From NCBI GenBank assembly GCA_963737155.1, contig CAVTRN010000001.1, positions 1,216,001 through 1,280,000 of the forward strand: a stretch of 64,000 nucleotides of DNA, in the 5' to 3' direction. The position numbers were made by a program, and so were the translations under genes. Source of the stretch: Nitrospirota bacterium. Lineage in GTDB: Bacteria; Nitrospirota; UBA9217. Shown piece after piece: positions 22,482 to 33,257 of this stretch; position 1 is the stretch's first letter, and every line of letters begins with the position of its first letter. The notes under the pieces are model-generated. The model did not search any database. It saw nothing but the letters and a program-made list of their open reading frames with translations, and was not told where the DNA came from.

Positions 22482-22712
22482 ACGTAGAGAGATTTTTCTC
22501 CTTCGGAAAGACTTAGGGAGCGTTCCATCCCCGTTGATTACCTGGAATAAGCTCAATATTTTATCGGGGGTGGAGGTCGGCGTTGCTCGGGATGAAAAAC
22601 GCGGCAAAATCGTGATCGAACCAGTCAGAAAAACGAAGCAGGCCAAGGGAACCGAGGGGACGGACAAGAAATTCGTAGGTCACGTAAATGATTTGCTGAA
22701 AATATAATTCTG
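22482..22712 (+). pseudogene. AbrB/MazE-type antitoxin remnant
   Basis: ..KLNILSGVEVGVARDEKRGKIVIEPV.. resembles the AbrB-fold C-terminal half; broken frame; directly upstream of the Doc remnant. Confidence 0.5.
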
Positions 22713-22734
22713 ACTTGAAACAAACTTTAAAGAA

Positions 22735-23113
22735 AGTGAATTATATTGCCACCGAACAGGTTCTTTTCATTCATGGCCGGATCGTCGCTGAAACGCGTGG
22801 TATGAATTGAATTGAGGGGTTCAAGTCTGCTGAAATCGGCGGTCATGCGACATCAGGTCATGTTCATGAGAGATTTTTTTACCGCAAAATCCATCATAAA
22901 GCGGTGGAACTTACGGAGTTACTTCTCGCTAATCATCCCTTCCTTTTAGGGGACAAGAGGACTGCTATCGCAGAAGAAGATATTTTTCTCAGACAGGATG
23001 GTTTCAGGCTTGAAGCAGCGCGGAATTTGCTGAAGAAGTTCACCCTTGATATCGTTCTCAAAAAAGTTCTCCCTCTACGACGCGGTGCGATGGATGAGAG
23101 AGTATGCGAATGA
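22735..23113 (+). pseudogene. Death-on-curing (Fic/Doc) toxin remnant
   Basis: YIATEQVLFIHGRIVAET, then HKAVELTELLLANHPFLLGDKRTA (degenerate HPFxDGNKRT); internal stop and frameshifts. Confidence 0.7.
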
Positions 23114-23122
23114 GGTAAGATA

Positions 23123-24247
23123 ATGAAGATGATGAAGCAGGATGGCATTATCGAGAGGGATAAAAAATACATGCGCATGGCGCTTCGGCTTGCCGAGAAG
23201 GCCATGGGTCGGACGAGCCCGAACCCCATGGTCGGCGCTGTGGTGGTGAAAAACGGGAGGGTACTCGCAAAGGGTTATCATAAAAAAGCGGGAGAGCCTC
23301 ATGCCGAAGCGATCGCGCTTGGGAAGGCGGGAAGGGCAGCCAAAGGTGCGACACTCTATGTGACGCTCGAACCCTGTTCACACACGAACAAGCGGACGCC
23401 CCCCTGTACGCCGCTCGTCGTCTCCAGCGGTATTAAGCGGATCGTTGTGGCAACGATTGATCCGAACCCTCATGTTTCTGGCAACGGCATCAGAATTCTG
23501 CGTAAGGCCGGCGTCGAAGTCGTTACTGGCGTTCTGGAAGCTGAGGCGAAGAATCTGAACGAAGCTTTCATCAAGCATATCACCACGGGCATGCCTTTCG
23601 TCACGCTCAAGATCGCCCAAACACTTGACGGTAAAATCGCGACGGCGACGGGTGAGTCGCAGTGGATTACAGGCAAGGAAGCACGACAGGAGGCCCACCG
23701 GCTGAGGGATTCTCATGATGCGATCCTGGTTGGCATCAATACCGTATTGAATGATGATCCTTCTCTTACCACGCGGATTCCCGGAGGACGGGATCCTATC
23801 CGCATCATCGTTGATTCGAAACTGAGGACTCCGCTTTCAGCAAAAGTCATTACACAGAAATCCATGGCGAAAACCTACATTGCCACAATTCCGACTGCTT
23901 CCAAGGTCAAAATCGTCGGTCTTCTGGATGCCGGTGCGGAAATAGTACTGGCCAGGGAAAAGAGCGGTAAAGTGGATTTGAAGAATCTGATGAAAATGCT
24001 CGGAATCTATGGCATCATGTCTGTTTTGATCGAAGGTGGGGCGGAGGTCAATGCCTCGGCCCTGAAAGCGGGTATCGTGGACAAGGTGGTGATGTTCATC
24101 GCACCTCTGGTCATGACCGGGAACGATTCCCTCTGCTCGGTTGGCGGCAGGTCGCCGGTTACACTGAAGCAGGCAATAAAGCTGAATCATGTTACCCTGT
24201 GGATGCTGGGTCAGGATCTGATGCTTGAGGGTTATATTCGGCCCTGA
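23123..24247 (+). CDS. ribD: Bifunctional riboflavin deaminase/reductase
   Basis: PNPMVGAV, PHAE, TLEPCSH..PPC, TLDGKIA, SQWIT, IEGG. Confidence 0.96.
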   Translation: MKMMKQDGIIERDKKYMRMALRLAEKAMGRTSPNPMVGAVVVKNGRVLAKGYHKKAGEPHAEAIALGKAGRAAKGATLYVTLEPCSHTNKRTPPCTPLVVSSGIKRIVVATIDPNPHVSGNGIRILRKAGVEVVTGVLEAEAKNLNEAFIKHITTGMPFVTLKIAQTLDGKIATATGESQWITGKEARQEAHRLRDSHDAILVGINTVLNDDPSLTTRIPGGRDPIRIIVDSKLRTPLSAKVITQKSMAKTYIATIPTASKVKIVGLLDAGAEIVLAREKSGKVDLKNLMKMLGIYGIMSVLIEGGAEVNASALKAGIVDKVVMFIAPLVMTGNDSLCSVGGRSPVTLKQAIKLNHVTLWMLGQDLMLEGYIRP

Positions 24248-24374
24248 TTGAACTGATCCGAATGGGCATGGCGCGAATTGTTCTTTATTTCTGGAGCTGC
24301 AGCATTTCCATATCCTATCCTGCTGCAATATTTGTCGTCCCTCTTTCATAGTTTGTTATGCAACGGGGCAGGTG

Positions 24375-24978
24375 CTACAAAGAACTGTTCCGACAGACTG
24401 GAAATACCTGTAAAGCGCATAACCTGTCGCCGGGGCCCGCAAGGCCAAGCAGCGTTAGGTGCTCAATCCAGCTGACGTCTTTCCGCAGGACCTCCGAATT
24501 ATTCCCACCAACATTTCCTATGCCGATTATCAAGCCCATTGTAAACAGCGCGGAGACAGCATCGGTGGCAATGAACTTCAGGTACTGAATCCTCACAACG
24601 CATGCGGCGAGGAAAATCTGCATTCTCAATCCGACAAGGTGCCTTCCGACAAGGATAAACCAGATTCCACGGCGTCTCAATTTCCCTTTGAGTTCCACAA
24701 GCCTGTGAGGTGAAAGAAATCGGTGAAAGACAGGGTGGGTGACGGGTTATGCGCCCGTATTTCCTGCTAAGATGAAGCGCGATTGTATCTGCGCACAAAA
24801 GACCGAGATAGACTGTCACCAGTGCCTCGGCTGGATGCACGAGCTTCCGGGATATCAGAATTCCGCGGAGAACCAACGTGACGTCTTCCGGGAAAGGAAG
24901 GCTGCCGCTCCAAGAATGAGCAGAAATGAAGAATCCGGCTGAATAGAAGTATGCAAAGAAACCAAGGACCCTATTCAT
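24375..24978 (-). pseudogene. DedA-family membrane protein, frameshifted
   Basis: LPFPEDVTL..G in one frame, VGRHLVGLRMQIFLAA..KFIATDAVSA in another. Confidence 0.75.
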
Positions 24979-25024
24979 GGTTCCCACGGGTTCGGCGCAC
25001 CGTATACCACTGTCGAGGTCAAGA

Positions 25025-25435
25025 TTACAGACCCTGCACGAGATACAGCAGCAAAAATACACCAATGGAAAGAACGGACAGGAAAAGCAGTATGCTTAGA
25101 ATGCCTGATGGCTGGTAGCTGTTCTCCTCGATCTGGCGTTCAACAGACCTGTACCTGATGAATGAGAAAATACTCATGGTAACGCCGACCCCGACAAGAA
25201 TGACACCGATTATCGAGGAATAACCTGGTGAAGGAGGGGAAGACTGCTTTCCCAGGTAGAAAGCCATCTGTTTCACGAAGAGCGAAAACTTCTCGACCAC
25301 GAAACCGAAGGCCATGATAGCGATGCTTGTCCGTATCCAGGCGAGGAAGGTGCGCTCATTCGCCATGTGAACTCTCCGGTTCTGTTTGCCTCTTACCGCC
25401 TTGTCTTCAGACTCCATGGGTATCTCCCGATTCAT
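25025..25435 (-). CDS. YidH/DUF202 family membrane protein
   Basis: HMANERTFLAWIRTS signature. Confidence 0.9.
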   Translation of the reverse strand: MNREIPMESEDKAVRGKQNRRVHMANERTFLAWIRTSIAIMAFGFVVEKFSLFVKQMAFYLGKQSSPPSPGYSSIIGVILVGVGVTMSIFSFIRYRSVERQIEENSYQPSGILSILLFLSVLSIGVFLLLYLVQGL

Positions 25436-26028
25436 TAACTGTGTATGAATTTGAATATTCCGCTTCTAATCATCTTAACGGCAAAGGCCGCGAGAATCAG
25501 CGAGGCCACTTTGGCAAAGGCCCGGGAACCGCTGATTCCGATAAGACGGATGATCCGCTCGGACTGGGAAAAAATCATCCAGGCAATCACCAGGTTTACG
25601 ATGAGGGAAAGGATTACAGGCACGTAACCCTCAGTCCCGACCAGGACAAGGGCCGTCGTGAGTGTGCCGGGACCTGCGATGAGGGGGGTGCCGAGCGGCA
25701 CGACGCCGAACTCCGGGCTCCGCTCCATCTTTCGCTCGCCGGCACGTACAACATCAGCAACGGCGATGATCAACAGCACGAGACCTCCGGCGATCATAAA
25801 GTCCTCGACTAGGATGCCGAGGGCGTTGAAGATCGCCTGTCCCAGGATGATGAACCCGATCGTTACCACGAAGGCAGTTGCAATGGATTGCCGGACTATC
25901 TTTTTTCGCTCCTGATGCATAACCCCCTCGGTCATGCCCACATAGAGCGGCAGTGTTCCCGGCGCATCAAGCGCGACCATGAGCGGGATTAGCGTGGCTA
26001 GAAAAGATTTGAAAAAATCCATCAACAC
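25435..26028 (-). CDS. MarC family membrane protein
   Basis: LDAPGTLP, FMIAGG, VVPLGTPLIAGPG motifs. Confidence 0.9.
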   Translation of the reverse strand: MLMDFFKSFLATLIPLMVALDAPGTLPLYVGMTEGVMHQERKKIVRQSIATAFVVTIGFIILGQAIFNALGILVEDFMIAGGLVLLIIAVADVVRAGERKMERSPEFGVVPLGTPLIAGPGTLTTALVLVGTEGYVPVILSLIVNLVIAWMIFSQSERIIRLIGISGSRAFAKVASLILAAFAVKMIRSGIFKFIHS

Positions 26029-26226
26029 GTCCTTTTCATGCTATAAGCGATTTTAGCACATTGCCTCTCCAAAGAGTATAGCCCAGTTTACAAAGCCTGT
26101 CCAGAAAGTAGAGCGATTACACCAATCTTGGCAAGATAATTCCTGACAAGCCAGGATTACGACTTCTTGAGTGTAAATCAATTAAAATAATTGATAACGT
26201 CCAAGACATCTTGGACAGATTTTATG

Positions 26227-26371
26227 TTCATGATATCGTGGACTCCCGTATTTTACTTGATATCAGCATGGGTACAGGGAGATACTTTTAACTGCTTCAG
26301 CATTAGGCGAAAACGCCTTTATCCCCTACATGCTACCGTATTAAACGGGAGCGATTCCACGATGTCCTGAA
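26227..26371 (+). ncRNA. Candidate structured RNA or inverted-repeat element of unknown family
   Basis: Nested pairings: 26227-42 with 26356-71, ctcccgt/acgggag, agcatg/catgct, plus two apical hairpins. Confidence 0.4.
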
Positions 26372-26951
26372 AGTTGTCAAACTAGTTGATAAAGGTAAGG
26401 TGGAAAGCTTTGCACCATGGTAAAGTTTAAATTGGGCATTTGAAAATTGAATTAGTTTTTCAAAAGCAATATATTATCGCAAGTAATGGTAACTGCGGAG
26501 CAGTTTAAAATTCTCATCCAATGAGTTGATGAAAAACTGGAGCACCTTATTGATTTTGAATGAAACCATCGTGTCAGCTACCGTTTTTAGGATAAAAAAT
26601 ATTCAGCCACGAAAACAGAATCAATCCTTCCGTTTGTGCGGAAGATGCTTTTTCAAGAGGTCTCTGCACTGCCCCCACCGTTGTTCAAGCTTATGATGTG
26701 ATAACTCTTCCAGCATTGCGCCCTCGTGTTTTCCTTTACGGGAAAGGGATACCTTAAAGCGGCCCTTATTTACAAGAAAAACAAATAAAAAGAATCGGCA
26801 ACCCCGGGAAAGATTGAAATTGTAGTAAATACCAGTATAGTTGATTGTTATTTCCTATATGATATAGTAAAGTAAATCGGGATTTGCAACTTGACCGGTA
26901 AGCCGACAAACGGTATCGTTGTATATCATTCTGAGGACGGAGGTGATGGAT

Positions 26952-28007
26952 ATGGTGGACAATAAAGATGCAAGTGCGCAGTTCAAGCTTACGGCGCTCA
27001 GCCATGGCGCCGGCTGAGCTTGCAAGCTCGGCCCAAAGGTTTTGGACCAGATTCTTCAGTTTCTCCCGAAAGTGATCGACCCGCGTGTACTAGCGGGGAC
27101 CGAAGATGATGCAGGCGTCTATCAGATCAGCGATGATATGGCGATAGTCCAGACCGTGGATTTTTTCACCCCAATCGTAGACAATCCATATGATTTCGGC
27201 GCAATTGCAACTGCCAATGCGATGTCTGACATTTACGCCATGGGAGCAAAGCCGATTACTGCGCTGAACCTGGTGGCTTTCCCCAAGGACGGACCGTTGG
27301 AGGTGCTCGGTGAGATCATACGCGGCGGCGCGGAAAAGGCGCAGGAAGCAGGGGTCGTTATTATCGGCGGCCATTCCATCGACGATAAAGAGCCGAAGTA
27401 CGGTATGGCCGTGACCGGAATAGCGCACCCAGCGAAGTTGACGCTCAAGAGCGGCGCTCGGCCGGGCGATGTACTTGTGCTGACCAAACCGCTCGGCATT
27501 GGCATCATCTCAACGGCCATCAAGTTAGGCAGGGTGCCGGAGGATATGATCGCAACGGCAACTGGAAACATGAAAACGCTGAACAAGGCCGCCTCAGAAG
27601 CCATGTCTGAAATCGGTGTCAGAGGAGCAACGGATATTACTGGGTTTGGACTGCTCGGCCATTTGCACGAGATGCTGCATCGGAGTTGCGTAAGCGCGAA
27701 GCTCCTCATGTCGCGAATCCCGATTCAAGAAGGCGTTCGGGAACTGGCAAAGTTCAGCATCCCCGGCGGCACACGGGCAAACCTGAAATACGTCTACGAC
27801 AAGGTGAACTGGGCAGTTGGAATTACCGAGGAGGAAAAACTCATTCTCGCCGATGCCCAGACATCGGGAGGGCTTCTGATTGCGGTTGAGCAGGAAAAGC
27901 TTGAAGCGCTTCTTGCCGGACTCGTTGCGCGGGGTGTCGCAACAAGGGCCGTGATCGGAGAAGTCACTTCGGAAGAGAAAGGCATAATATACGTTGGCAA
28001 AGATTGA
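26952..28007 (+). CDS. selD: Selenophosphate synthetase, itself a selenoprotein (Sec at codon 22, TGA 27015-27017)
   Basis: Frame upstream of the listed ORF reads MVDNKDASAQFKLTALSHGAG-TGA-ACKLGP, the SelD C/U-x-C-K site; also DDAGV, DFFTPIVD, GGHS, TDITGFGLLGH, DAQTSGGLL. Confidence 0.95.
27030..27048 (+). promoter_or_regulatory. Putative bacterial SECIS hairpin
   Basis: ggcccaaa-ggt-tttggacc stem-loop with G in the apical loop, starting ~12 nt 3' of the UGA. Confidence 0.6.
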
Positions 28008-28041
28008 AATCCTCGCTGGCCGGAAGGCCAGCGAGGATTTC
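28006..28041 (+). terminator. Stem-loop after selD, probable terminator
   Basis: gaaatcctcgctggcc-ggaa-ggccagcgaggatttc perfect 16-bp stem; weak U-tract. Confidence 0.6.
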
Positions 28042-28185
28042 AATGCTATGAATGGAAAGGAGTAGATACTTCTTTCCGGACGGAAATTTAAAAGCTGTAA
28101 ATAATGTTGATAATATGACGTGCACGAGGCGGCAAGTTTGGTTACAGAACACAATGAAAGGCAGCTGCAGCAGCTGCGGCGAGTA

Positions 28186-28707
28186 TTACAGTTCGAAGTG
28201 GATTCTCCGGAAGGTAGAGTTTAATGCTGATTTTGTTAATATAAGAAAAACTTCTTTTATTTGGTGATAATACGACTCCTCCGCACGCAAGAACACATTT
28301 ATTTTCTTTGTAGTATTTTGGAGAAGGATGGCAATAATCCCAACGGGATATTGGATTGAATTGCAGAATTTCGGCAACTCGATCTGATTTCGGAGGTACT
28401 CTTCCCGCAGCGCGGTGGGGTACATGAACTGGATGCCGCCCCGGTAAAGAGCACCGAATTGCCTGCACCTTACGAGAGTGCCGCACTTTTGACCGAAGAT
28501 ACGATTCTTTAGCCATACAAGTCAGGGCTGAATCGGTTGATCAACTTCGATTCCGATGCTGATCACGCTGAAATCCACGATTCAGGCAAGATGCTCCGAC
28601 CAGCGAGGCTCCTCATACGAAATAACCACCAATGGGCACGTGCGCTCAGTGGCAACGGCGTAACGCCGTACTCAAATTCTTTCGCGTTGTCTCTTTTCGT
28701 CCATCAT
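28186..28707 (-). pseudogene. PilZ-like reading frame interrupted by three in-frame TGA codons
   Basis: MMDEKRQRERI*VRRY...HLA*IVDFSVISIGIEVDQPIQP*LVWLK...YRGGIQF; RxxxR and DxS-like motifs; GAGGT RBS. Confidence 0.55.
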
Positions 28708-29189
28708 GAACTAAATACCTCGGGTCCGAGTTTGCCCTGCTGCAGATGCAGAGAGAGTCATCGGCGGGGCCGCGATAACAAAAGGACTGTTGTATTAAAA
28801 TCTATCTCGCTGAAGAATCAGAGAACCGTTGTAAATCAAGACAACCAAAATCGTCGCTACTGATCGAATACACGCATGTGGTGTGGCATAAGGGAACTAT
28901 TTGCCCAAATCATTCGATTTCAGTATTTTTTTCATCGCGTGCCACTCTCTTTTCGGCGCAGGCGGTTAAATAAAGCGTATTAATATTCCGGTTAACATGC
29001 CGCTGAGCCTGCACGCACGGAAAAAAACAAGCGTATACTGAAACATAAAAAAACGCAAAGGGAATCAGCTTTTCTAAAAGTATTTGAAAAAAGAGCGGTA
29101 CGCCTCGAAATAGGTGAAAAGGGTTGGAAAGCGGCCCGCGGGAGAAACCGTGAAACAAGCGAAGAATTCAATGCATGAGAATGAAGATG

Positions 29190-30011
29190 TTAAAGGCTTT
29201 CATTCGTTCCGTGGTTCGTTTTCCTGTCGTTTTTTTTCTTAGAGGGATCGTCCGTAAGAAGGAGCGAGCCATCTTCATCGTACCGGACATATATGGTGTA
29301 CTGAGGACCTGGCGGATTGCCTGTCCCGCTGTAGATTTTCAGGATCCTCTGTACATAATCCTGAGTTTCGCGGAAGGGCGGTATGGTTCCCCACTTCTGC
29401 ACAGCCGTTTCTCCGGAATTGTAGGCGGCAAGGGCGAGCGAGATATTGCCTTCATAGCGGTCGAGCAGATATCGGAGATATTTCACCCCACCATCGATAT
29501 TTTCATCGGGGCTGAATACATTCCGCACATTCAGGTCGATGGCAGTCTGCGGCATGAGCTGCATCAATCCTATTGCGCCTTTCCTCGACAGGGCGCGGGG
29601 ATTGAAGTCCGATTCGACTTTGACTAGCGCATGGACAAGCGCCGGATCCACGCCGTGTCGGTAGCATGCGCTGTTGATGATCTCGGTATACGAAGAACCG
29701 GATGTGTTTGCCCTCGACGATGACCGATTCGGATCAGTTGACGAGGAAGCGAAATGTCTCGCTGAATCGGTCCGGGTGTTACGCTTAGATTCTGTTTTTA
29801 TTATCCGGCATTTTTTAATATTCCCGACCCCGACATTACTGAAATGAATAACGCCATATTCATCAGTATACTGATATATATCGGCAAAAGCCCGTTGGAA
29901 GGGAATACAAAAAAGAGCGGCAATGCCACAAACGATGGCGAACCGGCGCAACAGTGGCCACACCCCGAATAGGAAGCAGGTCAATGAGCTTTTTGATAGT
30001 CGTCTATTCAT
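29190..30011 (-). CDS. Lytic transglycosylase (SLT domain) with N-terminal DUF4124-like domain
   Basis: VESDFNP, SRKGAIGLMQLMP, ALAAYNSG, ETQDYV; DIYQYTDEYGVIHFSN. Confidence 0.92.
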   Translation of the reverse strand: MNRRLSKSSLTCFLFGVWPLLRRFAIVCGIAALFCIPFQRAFADIYQYTDEYGVIHFSNVGVGNIKKCRIIKTESKRNTRTDSARHFASSSTDPNRSSSRANTSGSSYTEIINSACYRHGVDPALVHALVKVESDFNPRALSRKGAIGLMQLMPQTAIDLNVRNVFSPDENIDGGVKYLRYLLDRYEGNISLALAAYNSGETAVQKWGTIPPFRETQDYVQRILKIYSGTGNPPGPQYTIYVRYDEDGSLLLTDDPSKKKNDRKTNHGTNESL

Positions 30012-30302
30012 AACTAAGAGCTTATATTATAAAGTATTTAAGGCTGATTTGTCAATTAAACATAGTATAAAAAAGGCCACAGCTGGATAATTCGATCTCC
30101 ATTCACTTTAATATTCAAATACTTGAAAGTTACACGCCGAGCTTTCTTAATGGAGATGAAATACCAAAAATCTACCATTATTCACGTATCCCCCGATGTC
30201 CAGACAGTGAAAATGCTATTTCCACTCTAAGTATCGAGAAAGATCGTCCTTATAAATATATATCGGCAGTTTGGCGATATTCTTAAGTACAAACATGGGA
30301 CA

Positions 30303-30900
30303 ACCGTTCCTAAAACCACAGCAGTTTATTGCAGCACACGATGCCGGTAGCCGAACACTGCTGCTATCGGTTAACGACGGGGATTCACGCCCTGATTCGC
30401 CCAAGTTCCGTTGTTTGGTAATCGGGATTGATTCCAGCGCTTTTCAGTAAAGCTTCAACTGGCCGGCGACCTGGAGAATTGACCTGTCGACGTGGACGAT
30501 GACTGTTTTATAATTTAGCACAGCCTGGAGAGTTCTGTAAGGACCGTCTTTGATATAATGATGGCTGCCACTTTATAGGTAAGTCGGTTCTGCTTGACAT
30601 GGAACATGGAATATTTTTGAACTTCTCTCGCGATAACATGTGCCTCTACTTCATGTCGCAAGATGCCATAACGAGACATGTAGTTGTTTCTGCCAAGAAC
30701 AGATTTGTAAGCAGGATTTATAGAGAATACTCTGACGCCTGTCTTGAACGCTCTGCGGCCAAGCATGGCGAGAAATATGGATTAAGCGAACTCGGCTTAT
30801 TATCCATGCAATGGACACCTTGTAATTTAAGAGACACTTTCTTCTTTTCGAAGTCCGGAGGTTCATGAGCAAATAGGCTTCGCGGATTTAACAGTCAATA
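30303..30900 (-). mobile_element. Decayed IS200/IS605-family element: tnpB 3' fragment plus probable right end/omegaRNA region
   Basis: Fragments DFEKKKVSLK and RRAFKTGVRVFSINPAYKSVLGR..YG..HE..AHVIAR match TnpB RuvC-region patterns; minus strand ends ..gttttaggaacggt. Confidence 0.65.
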
Positions 30901-31628
30901 ATCTTGGCACAAATATCGCCATAGACTGTACCAGGTTGAAGCATTGCTTCATGCATATCTGACAAGCCTGCTCTATTTTTTCGTGGCACGACATCGATTG
31001 CTTTTCCCTATCATTCGCTTGAAGTGCAGTGTACGTTCATGCAAATAAAGGACTTGTTTTTTTCGATCTTATTCAGTAAGGTTATAAAGAGCAGGTTGTT
31101 TCAGCGGTTTGATGGTTTCTTCGCCGAAACATCTTACTCTGTGATTTGGTAATCTATGCACTTCCTCTTGTGTGTATCCTTCTAATAGTTGCCCGGATTC
31201 AGCGAAGGAGACATGTATGTGAAGATTCTACGAACTTTGTTTCTGACGGTGTTTTGTCGTTGAGCTGCGTTACTGAAATTGGGATGATTCCATCCGGCAT
31301 TTCCGCAGATATCTGCTCGCACCTGCTCATGCCCGAGATCATCGTTCCTGTGCCGTCTTTCTTGCCTCCGATGAAGGACGGAGAATCACGGGTAGGCTCC
31401 TCATCGCAACGGAATAGTCGCTCGAATAAGACGATGGTGCACCTGCCTAAAAAGGCATCGGTTCACAGCGGGCAGCACTATCACGTTGCGTTCTGACTTT
31501 TCTGTTTCTCTCTTTTCGCGTCCCTCCCATTGACACCGAGATAAAGAGCTTGCTCGGACAACGAGAGTTGACGCAATACGTTGCTACAAGAGAGAAGTTG
31601 CAAAATTCCTTCATTGGAGGGTGCACGT

Positions 31629-32018
31629 ATGAAATGGCTTGAAAAGTACGCAGACGACGTTTATGCAATGTTGCGCATCATGGCGGGATTCATGTTCTCG
31701 TTTCACGGTGTTCAGAAAATCTTGGGCGTGCTTTCCGCGTTCCATCCATCAGTTGGATCCCAGCTCTGGTTTGGCGGGCTCATCGAACTCTTGGGAGGGC
31801 TGGCGATACTGCTGGGGTTTAAAACGCGTGTGGCGGCTTTTCTTTGCAGCGGTGAAATGGCTGTGGCTTACTTCCAGTTCCACTGGAAGTTCCAACTCGG
31901 CGCCAAGTTTTTTCCGGCAATTAACAAAGGTGAGTTGGCCGCCCTCTACTGTTTTGTTTTTTTCTACATCGCCTGTCGAGGCGGGGTAAAATGGAGCTTG
32001 GATAAAAGGAATCAATAA
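31629..32018 (+). CDS. DoxX family membrane protein
   Basis: LRIMAGFMFSFHGVQK, GLIELLGG, GEMAVAYF..H, NKGELA. Confidence 0.9.
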   Translation: MKWLEKYADDVYAMLRIMAGFMFSFHGVQKILGVLSAFHPSVGSQLWFGGLIELLGGLAILLGFKTRVAAFLCSGEMAVAYFQFHWKFQLGAKFFPAINKGELAALYCFVFFYIACRGGVKWSLDKRNQ

Positions 32019-32690
32019 TATGCAAGCTGTTTCAGACAGCCCTGCGTAAGCTGTACGTGGCCGAGCTCAGTTCGTTCACGGCATAATTTTCAGAAACTTT
32101 TCGAGAGCTATGCTTTTTAGGGTTGCCGATAGGGTAAAAAAATTTATTTTATGCTAGAAATGGGTTGTTCCGCGCCACACACTTTCGTTATCATCTGTGC
32201 CAAAATCCCATCTCTTAGGACGAGGATATAAGGCGTTGGCTGCAAGCAACCGGACAACTATTGTTTCGTTTCAGTATTAGGTTAGCAAATGTTCACCTGA
32301 ATGATATGTTGCCTACTATATAGTTTGATTTGCAAGGTATGATTAACCTCGGCAAAGCATTAGTAACCGATGACGGCACTGTTTGATGCTCCCATCTTGT
32401 TGGAATGAAGTGTCATTATGATACTGTCAAAAGTTTATGAAATTCAGAGAGGCAAGCATGAAACCATAGAGGGCGCGGAGGAAGACCGGTTAATGCCGGT
32501 GCCTGATTTTTCAGTAAGATACTCTGTGCTCTCGTAGTTGACCCATCAAGACAAGGATCAGAAACGCTGGTAACAAGGGGGGCATAGAGGGGAAAATGCT
32601 AGTGGCTGATTGACTCACTGAATTCAATATGTTCTCTGTTTTCTGTGCCTAATAGTTTGACAATACGATCGCCATAAGAAGGAGGCAACC

Positions 32691-33257
32691 ATGAAAAAGT
32701 CGCTCGGTGCCAAAACGCTTGCTCTGCCAGCGCCTGTCTGGGTTGTTGGAAGTTATGATTCACTGGGAAAACCGAACATCATGACTATTGCTTGGGGGGG
32801 AATCTGCTGTTCGCAACCTCCCTGTGTGACAATTTCCTTGCGCAAGGCAACATATACTTATGGGTGCATCATGGAGCGCAAGGCGTACACCATTAGCATC
32901 CCTTCAGCCGCGCTGGTGAGGGAAGTGGACTATGTGGGCACGACTTCGGGAAAAAATGTCGATAAGTTTGCGGTGACAAAGCTGACCCCTGTTCGAAGCG
33001 AATTCGTTGACGCTCCGTACATAAAAGAATTCCCTATTGTGATCGAATGTAGGGTGCGCCACACGTTGGAGATCGGACTCCACACGCAATTCATTGGTGA
33101 GATTATGGACATCAAAGCCGAAGAGTTGGTACTTGGAGACCACGGCATGGCAGACATTCTGAAGGTCAAGCCACTAATTTTCGATACTGGGGATGGTGCT
33201 TATTATGGTATTGGCGAACGTATCGGCAAAGCTTTTTCAATTGGCAAAAAAGATTAA
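32691..33257 (+). CDS. Flavin reductase-like protein (flavoredoxin family)
   Basis: [47 protein letters not shown]. Confidence 0.88.
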   Translation: MKKSLGAKTLALPAPVWVVGSYDSLGKPNIMTIAWGGICCSQPPCVTISLRKATYTYGCIMERKAYTISIPSAALVREVDYVGTTSGKNVDKFAVTKLTPVRSEFVDAPYIKEFPIVIECRVRHTLEIGLHTQFIGEIMDIKAEELVLGDHGMADILKVKPLIFDTGDGAYYGIGERIGKAFSIGKKD

